A program made the position numbers and the translations under genes. This document shows positions 27,368 to 32,000 of a stretch of 32,000 bases of DNA, one piece after another; position 1 is the stretch's first letter, and each line of letters opens with the position of its first letter. A model generated the notes under the pieces. The model had not been told where the DNA came from. It saw only the letters and a list, made by a program, of their open reading frames with translations, and searched no databases. This stretch comes from Vibrio cholerae ATCC 14035 (GTDB lineage Bacteria; Pseudomonadota; Gammaproteobacteria; Enterobacterales; Vibrionaceae): positions 1 through 32,000 of the forward strand of contig NZ_JHXR01000024.1 of the NCBI RefSeq assembly GCF_000621645.1, read 5' to 3'.

Positions 27368-28300
27368 ATGACAGCGCAAACTCAAGAGTTGACCAAAGCT
27401 CAACAATACAATTTCAATAAGTTGCAAAAACGTATTCGTCGCAATACTGGTCAAGCAATTGCAGACTTTAATATGATCGAAGATGGCGACCGGATTATGG
27501 TATGTCTATCTGGCGGTAAAGACAGCTTTACCATGCTGGATATTTTGATGAGCCTGCAAAAAAGTGCGCCTATCTCTTTTGAATTGGTTGCTGTCAATCT
27601 CGATCAAAAACAACCGGGATTTCCTGAGCATGTCTTGCCTGAATACCTAGATAGTTTGGGGGTTGAATACAAGATCGTAGAAGAAGACACCTACTCCATC
27701 GTGCAAGATAAAGTGCCTGAAGGCAAAACTACCTGCGCACTCTGCTCTCGTCTGCGTCGCGGTATTTTATATCGTACCGCCAAAGAGTTAGGAGCAACCA
27801 AAATTGCTTTGGGTCACCATCGTGATGACATCTTAGAAACTCTGTTCTTGAATATGTTCTACGGCGGCAAAATGAAAGGCATGCCACCTAAGCTAGTATC
27901 AGACAACGGCGAACATGTGGTTATTCGCCCGTTGGCCTACTGCCGTGAGAAAGACATCATCAAATATTCAGATATGCGCGGCTACCCAATCATTCCATGT
28001 AACTTGTGTGGCTCACAGCCTAACTTACAGCGCCAAGCAGTAAAACAGATGCTTAATGACTGGGATAAGCGCTTCCCTGGCCGTATTGAAACCATGTTTA
28101 GAGCCATGCAAAACGTGGTGCCAAGCCACCTTGCAGACTTCTCTTTGTTCGATTTTAAATCGATTGATAAAAACTCTGGCGTCATTAATGGTGGTGATAT
28201 TGGCTTTGATAAAGAAGAAATTGCACCGCAAGTCGTGGAAGATGAAGACTTAGTGATGGAGTTTGACCCATCACTCCAGTTAAATGTCACCAATATCTAG
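27368..28300 (+). CDS. ttcA: tRNA 2-thiocytidine(32) synthetase TtcA, 310 aa
   Basis: PP-loop SGGKDS and the Cys motifs [10 protein letters not shown] and CNLCGSQ. It is near-colinear with E. coli TtcA as remembered. Confidence 0.95.
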   Translation: MTAQTQELTKAQQYNFNKLQKRIRRNTGQAIADFNMIEDGDRIMVCLSGGKDSFTMLDILMSLQKSAPISFELVAVNLDQKQPGFPEHVLPEYLDSLGVEYKIVEEDTYSIVQDKVPEGKTTCALCSRLRRGILYRTAKELGATKIALGHHRDDILETLFLNMFYGGKMKGMPPKLVSDNGEHVVIRPLAYCREKDIIKYSDMRGYPIIPCNLCGSQPNLQRQAVKQMLNDWDKRFPGRIETMFRAMQNVVPSHLADFSLFDFKSIDKNSGVINGGDIGFDKEEIAPQVVEDEDLVMEFDPSLQLNVTNI

Positions 28301-28326
28301 GTGACTTCAAAAGCATAAAAACAAAC

Positions 28327-28355
28327 AAAGGCTGTCTACTGACAGCCTTTGTTTT
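28327..28355. terminator. Bidirectional rho-independent terminator between convergent ttcA and the 28376-29035 gene
   Basis: AAAGGCTGTC (28327-28336), loop TACT, GACAGCCTTT (28341-28350). It is flanked by an A-run upstream and a T-run downstream, so it can serve both strands. Confidence 0.85.
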
Positions 28356-28375
28356 AGTCTTTCAATCGCTAAAGC

Positions 28376-29035
28376 TTACTTTTTTGCAGAAGGTAAGTAA
28401 GGTAAAACTCGCAAAGCTGGAGCCGGCAGTTGCATCCACCCTTCTTTACCAATTTGCGTTAGCGCTACTTGCGCCTTGTGATCCACAATAGCAATGGATT
28501 GACCATTACTGAACGTAATCATTCCCTCTGTCTCTGGGACGAATTCTAAGGTAACGCCTTCAACCGCGGGCGTAAACCAACTGGCGAACATGCCGCCAAG
28601 CTGTTCAAGCATTACCTGCATCTGCGGCAACAAGACCTCGACTTCCTGATAAGTTACTTTACCCTCAAACGACTTTTTCGCCATCACCACCATAGAATAA
28701 TCACAGCGTTTATCTTGCGGTGTATTCACAAAAACCAGTGGATTCGCCTGTCTCAGATTGTTATCGAGTGGGATCACCAGCTCATTACTAGGGCCAATAG
28801 GTAACTCTTCGTAGTGTTCTTCCTTTTCCATCCACGCTTTTTCTATCACGCAGTTTTGTTTACTCTGTGCATCAACAAAGAAAATCCCCATTTTTACATC
28901 AGGATGATCTTCTTTTGTGTTGCTTTTCATTTGAGAGAACAACTTGCTGTAGGTAAACATATATTGCTGCGCCAAAGCTGGAGCACTTAGGCTTAAAAAC
29001 AAAGGGGCAAGTAGGAGGTAAGATTTTGATTTCAT
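28376..29035 (-). CDS. Secreted/periplasmic protein of unknown function (possibly DUF2987 family), 219 aa
   Basis: It has a classical signal peptide MKSKSYLLLAPLFLSLSAPALA-QQ. It starts 1 nt after the stop of the upstream glucosaminidase-domain gene. The family name is a low-confidence recollection. Confidence 0.7.
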   Translation of the reverse strand: MKSKSYLLLAPLFLSLSAPALAQQYMFTYSKLFSQMKSNTKEDHPDVKMGIFFVDAQSKQNCVIEKAWMEKEEHYEELPIGPSNELVIPLDNNLRQANPLVFVNTPQDKRCDYSMVVMAKKSFEGKVTYQEVEVLLPQMQVMLEQLGGMFASWFTPAVEGVTLEFVPETEGMITFSNGQSIAIVDHKAQVALTQIGKEGWMQLPAPALRVLPYLPSAKK

Positions 29036-29036
29036 T

Positions 29037-29840
29037 CTAATTATCGTTCCAATATTCTTGATTCGCTAACATCATGGCTTGTAAATCACGCACATAGGCT
29101 TCACCACGCTCGGAATATTTTAAAAGGCCATTACTCATCGCTTTAGCACTTTCATCACTGTTGGGGTTGATTTTCTGCTGGCGAAGCTGAAAGCGTATTT
29201 CACGTAATTCTCGATAAGCAGGATTACGATTGACATTCATAAAATAGCTCTGAATTGAGTCTTGAACGCTGTCAAATTTAGCCACTTCATGGAACGCTCC
29301 TTCTGCTCTCGCTAAGGGTACTAAGCCACATCCCGCGCTATAACACCATTGGCCAAAATAGTTGTTGGCTTCTTTGGCAAATCTTGAGGTTCCCCATGCC
29401 GATTCATTCGCAGCTTGAGTTAAGACTAAGGCTTCAGGTATTACATCGACGCGATGAAATATTTCCTGTAACCAAGCGTTATCAACGTTGTTTTCTGTCA
29501 GTGCCACAGAATACGCAGTAGCCAAATATTGTGCTTGTGCCAGATTGTGAGATGAGAGCTGACCGTCGGCAAAATCCTTTTTTATTCGCTTCAATAGTGT
29601 TCGTTCTTGAAGAATCCGCGAATTTTCATACCTCACACCGGGTTTTAAGTAGTTAAAAAAAGCCTCTTTCCGCTCAGCAATGTCGTGGATTGCAGAGAAA
29701 TCAGGGGCTGCACCGACCACTTCTCCTCTGAGCAAAGGTAACTTGAACTTCTTCGGTTTCTCAAATCGATACACGCCAAACATGGCGATGAAGACAATGA
29801 TTAACCAAACCAGGGTAATGGTTATTCGCTTATGCATCAA
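29037..29840 (-). CDS. bax: Membrane-anchored glucosaminidase-domain protein (Bax-like, GH73-type), 267 aa
   Basis: N-terminal TM anchor ITITLVWLIIVFIAMFGVY. Glucosaminidase core LVLTQAANESAWGTSRFAKEANNYFGQWCY carries the conserved Glu. It resembles E. coli Bax as remembered. Confidence 0.75.
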   Translation of the reverse strand: MMHKRITITLVWLIIVFIAMFGVYRFEKPKKFKLPLLRGEVVGAAPDFSAIHDIAERKEAFFNYLKPGVRYENSRILQERTLLKRIKKDFADGQLSSHNLAQAQYLATAYSVALTENNVDNAWLQEIFHRVDVIPEALVLTQAANESAWGTSRFAKEANNYFGQWCYSAGCGLVPLARAEGAFHEVAKFDSVQDSIQSYFMNVNRNPAYRELREIRFQLRQQKINPNSDESAKAMSNGLLKYSERGEAYVRDLQAMMLANQEYWNDN

Positions 29841-30636
29841 AAATTCCAGAAGAGTTGTTGCTATCAGGTTGGTCAGGCTGAGCTTGATCCGTTGCGATGA
29901 TTTTCAAGCGAATGCCAAACATGTTGCGATAAATAATGCCTTTAACATGAAAGAAGAAAGGCAAGAACAACACTAGACCAATACCGTACAGAAGTACGGC
30001 CATCATGAACAGCACCATCAAGATCGAATAGATAGCGATTAACGGGAAAATCTTTTTATTCACTGCTCGCAATGACAATAACAAAGATTGCATAGGTGGG
30101 ACTTTCTTTTCACAAATCAATAGTAATGAGTTACTGAAAGCCACAGAGAGATACATAGAAAGGAATGGCAAAATCATCCCTGCCACACCTTGTAACAATA
30201 AACTGAACAGAGTGGCGAGGATAACAGGGATCGTAAACTGTAATCCTTTCGTGATATGCCGAGTTTGGGTTTTTAGCCCTGCCGCGTGACTCATCGCCAT
30301 TAAACTGATGCCTGCATAAATCGGCGCGCTGATCACTTCATAGCTAAAGTTAGCAATAAACATGGCTTGGACTAGGCCTTCGGGCAGCGCACCGCCCTCC
30401 TGAAACACAGACAGAATCACGGAGAGATCGCCGATCTGCAATTTGAACGCAAAATAAAAAATCGCCAACTGCACCAAAATCAGCGCAAAAATGGCAGGCG
30501 TGAAATTAATAAAGTGCTTGACTGTAATACCCCAAGCTTCCTTGAGTACATCACCCACTTTTAATTCATAACTTCCCGATAGCGCTTTCTCTACCGAGCC
30601 GCCAAGATTGAACTCTCTTTCGATATCGTTATTCAT
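29830..30636 (-). CDS. Polytopic inner-membrane protein of unknown function, 268 aa
   Basis: It has about 6 hydrophobic helices. ATG 30636 (MNNDIEREF...) is preferred over the track's upstream non-ATG start at 30675. Its 3' end overlaps the bax-like start by 8-11 nt. Confidence 0.7.
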   Translation of the reverse strand: MNNDIEREFNLGGSVEKALSGSYELKVGDVLKEAWGITVKHFINFTPAIFALILVQLAIFYFAFKLQIGDLSVILSVFQEGGALPEGLVQAMFIANFSYEVISAPIYAGISLMAMSHAAGLKTQTRHITKGLQFTIPVILATLFSLLLQGVAGMILPFLSMYLSVAFSNSLLLICEKKVPPMQSLLLSLRAVNKKIFPLIAIYSILMVLFMMAVLLYGIGLVLFLPFFFHVKGIIYRNMFGIRLKIIATDQAQPDQPDSNNSSGIFDA

Positions 30637-30960
30637 AAAATGCCCTAGTTCGGTCGAATGCGCGGATAACGTCACGCTTCAACGTGAAAATTGTGTTCAT
30701 TATACTGAAATGCTGCTCAGGCTAAAATCTGATTACCAATATCATCTTGCTTTATTGTCGATATGATTGATAATTAACTGCTTGATAGCATTAAGAGTTA
30801 AGCAAAATCAGTATGCTAGACAAACTCTATTCAAACTGGCAAAAATTTTTCTGTTTCAAGGTGAGAAAAAGACTTTGAAATCGTGCTCTTGGTGTTTATG
30901 ATGCGCCTCTTATTTTTGTTTAACTACAGGTCCAACAAGTAGGATTTTCTACAGGCCGAG

Positions 30961-32000
30961 GTGGGAGAAATACAGACGTTGAACGAACAACATTCAGTAG
31001 GAAAGCCAGTCATTCGTTTATCTGGCATTAGCAAAAGTTTCGATGGTAAGGAAATCATTGGTAACCTAAATCTTGATGTGAATCATGGCGAGTTCTTAAC
31101 CATCCTAGGTCCATCGGGCTGTGGTAAAACGACGGTGTTAAGAATGATTGCTGGTTTTGAAACTGCAGATCAAGGTCAGATTCTGCTAGATGATCAAGAC
31201 GTTACTCAAGTTCCTGCTGAACAACGACACGTCAATACGGTCTTCCAAAGCTATGCTCTATTCCCCCACATGACAGTGTTCGAAAACGTCGCTTTTGGTT
31301 TGCGCATGCAAAAAGTCCCTCAAAGCGAAATCGAGCCTCGTGTTATGGAAGCACTACGCATGGTGCGCCTTGCCGAAATGGCACAGCGTAAACCGCATCA
31401 ACTTTCTGGTGGCCAGCAGCAACGTATCGCTATTGCGCGCGCAGTGGTTAACAAACCTAAAGTACTGCTACTTGACGAATCGCTCTCCGCTTTGGATTAC
31501 AAATTGCGTAAACAAATGCAGAGCGAGCTCAAACAACTACAACGTCAATTAGGCATTACCTTTATCTTCGTTACTCACGATCAAGAAGAAGCGCTGTCTA
31601 TGTCAGATCGCATCATCGTTATGCGTTTAGGCAAAATTGAACAAGACGGCTCTCCTCGTGAAATCTACGAAGATCCAAAAAATCTCTTTGTTGCTCGTTT
31701 TATCGGCGAAATCAACGTCTTCCAAGCAACGACTATCGATCGTATCGACGAAAAACGCATCCGCGTTGACATCGAAGGTATCGAGTCGATTGTTTACTAT
31801 GAAGATGAAGTGAAGGCTGGTGACAAGCTGCAAGTGCTCCTCCGTCCTGAAGACTTACGTATCGAAGAAATCAAAGAGTCAGAAGAAAAAGGCATTGTGG
31901 GTCACGTGACTGACCGTACCTACAAAGGCATGACTCTGGAATCAGTGGTAGAACTGGAATCCGGTATGTGTGTGATGGTTAGCGAATTCTTTAACGAAGA
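30961..32000 (+). CDS. potA: Spermidine/putrescine ABC transporter ATP-binding protein PotA, 5' part (runs off the window, so absent from the ORF track)
   Basis: Hand-translated from GTG 30961: (M)[66 protein letters not shown]...[32 protein letters not shown]... It is colinear with E. coli PotA from residue 1, and GAGG lies just upstream of the GTG. Confidence 0.92.
   Translation, partial: MGEIQTLNEQHSVGKPVIRLSGISKSFDGKEIIGNLNLDVNHGEFLTILGPSGCGKTTVLRMIAGFETADQGQILLDDQDVTQVPAEQRHVNTVFQSYALFPHMTVFENVAFGLRMQKVPQSEIEPRVMEALRMVRLAEMAQRKPHQLSGGQQQRIAIARAVVNKPKVLLLDESLSALDYKLRKQMQSELKQLQRQLGITFIFVTHDQEEALSMSDRIIVMRLGKIEQDGSPREIYEDPKNLFVARFIGEINVFQATTIDRIDEKRIRVDIEGIESIVYYEDEVKAGDKLQVLLRPEDLRIEEIKESEEKGIVGHVTDRTYKGMTLESVVELESGMCVMVSEFFNE

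Noticed and set aside
31295-31833. Track ORFs 31295-31552 (+) and 31627-31833 (-)
   Set aside because: Both lie inside the hand-translated potA frame, which runs from 30961 and has no stop within the window. They are off-frame or antisense artefacts.
1-32000. tRNA/rRNA genes, CRISPR arrays, IS elements or transposase genes, integron attC sites
   Set aside because: I saw no cloverleaf-like or rRNA-like sequence, no regularly spaced direct repeats other than the TTTTGAT heptads, and no transposase or integrase-like translation in any frame.
1-32000. A wholly novel defence or toxin system, as suggested by the prompt
   Set aside because: Every large ORF is assignable to a known family or to the well-studied CTX/RTX/cco/fnr neighbourhood. 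The unexplained pieces are small and are reported individually with modest interest rather than inflated into a system.

Overview
This window reads as Vibrio cholerae chromosome I, running from the right end of the CTXphi prophage through the RTX toxin locus into core respiratory and housekeeping genes. All identifications come from reading the translations and from family knowledge, since no alignment could be run.

Gene order:
- zot' (3' end), a TTTTGAT heptad promoter array, ctxA, ctxB, a terminator and a 28-bp dif-like XerCD site
- a 5'-truncated rtxA remnant (minus strand) fused head-to-head to a 5'-truncated rtxB remnant, then intact rtxD and rtxE
- an AT-rich soluble hybrid histidine kinase (vpsS-like) coupled to a FIST/NosP-type sensor gene, and a small membrane-anchored orphan
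- ccoNOQP, ccoH-ccoI-ccoS plus a DsbD_2-type membrane gene, fnr, uspE and ttcA
- a three-gene envelope cluster on the minus strand, then the 5' part of potA

Three features point to a classical-biotype-like background: ctxB with His39/Thr68, no RS1 between ctxB and rtxA, and the RTX deletion that removes rtxC.

I found no tRNA, rRNA, CRISPR array or IS element, and no convincing evidence for a wholly undescribed system. The least-explained items are the perfectly open promoterless rtxA remnant, nested palindromes between the dif site and rtxA, an inverted repeat over the nosP-like start codon, the ccoS-coupled DsbD_2 gene, and the membrane/glucosaminidase/secreted-protein trio.
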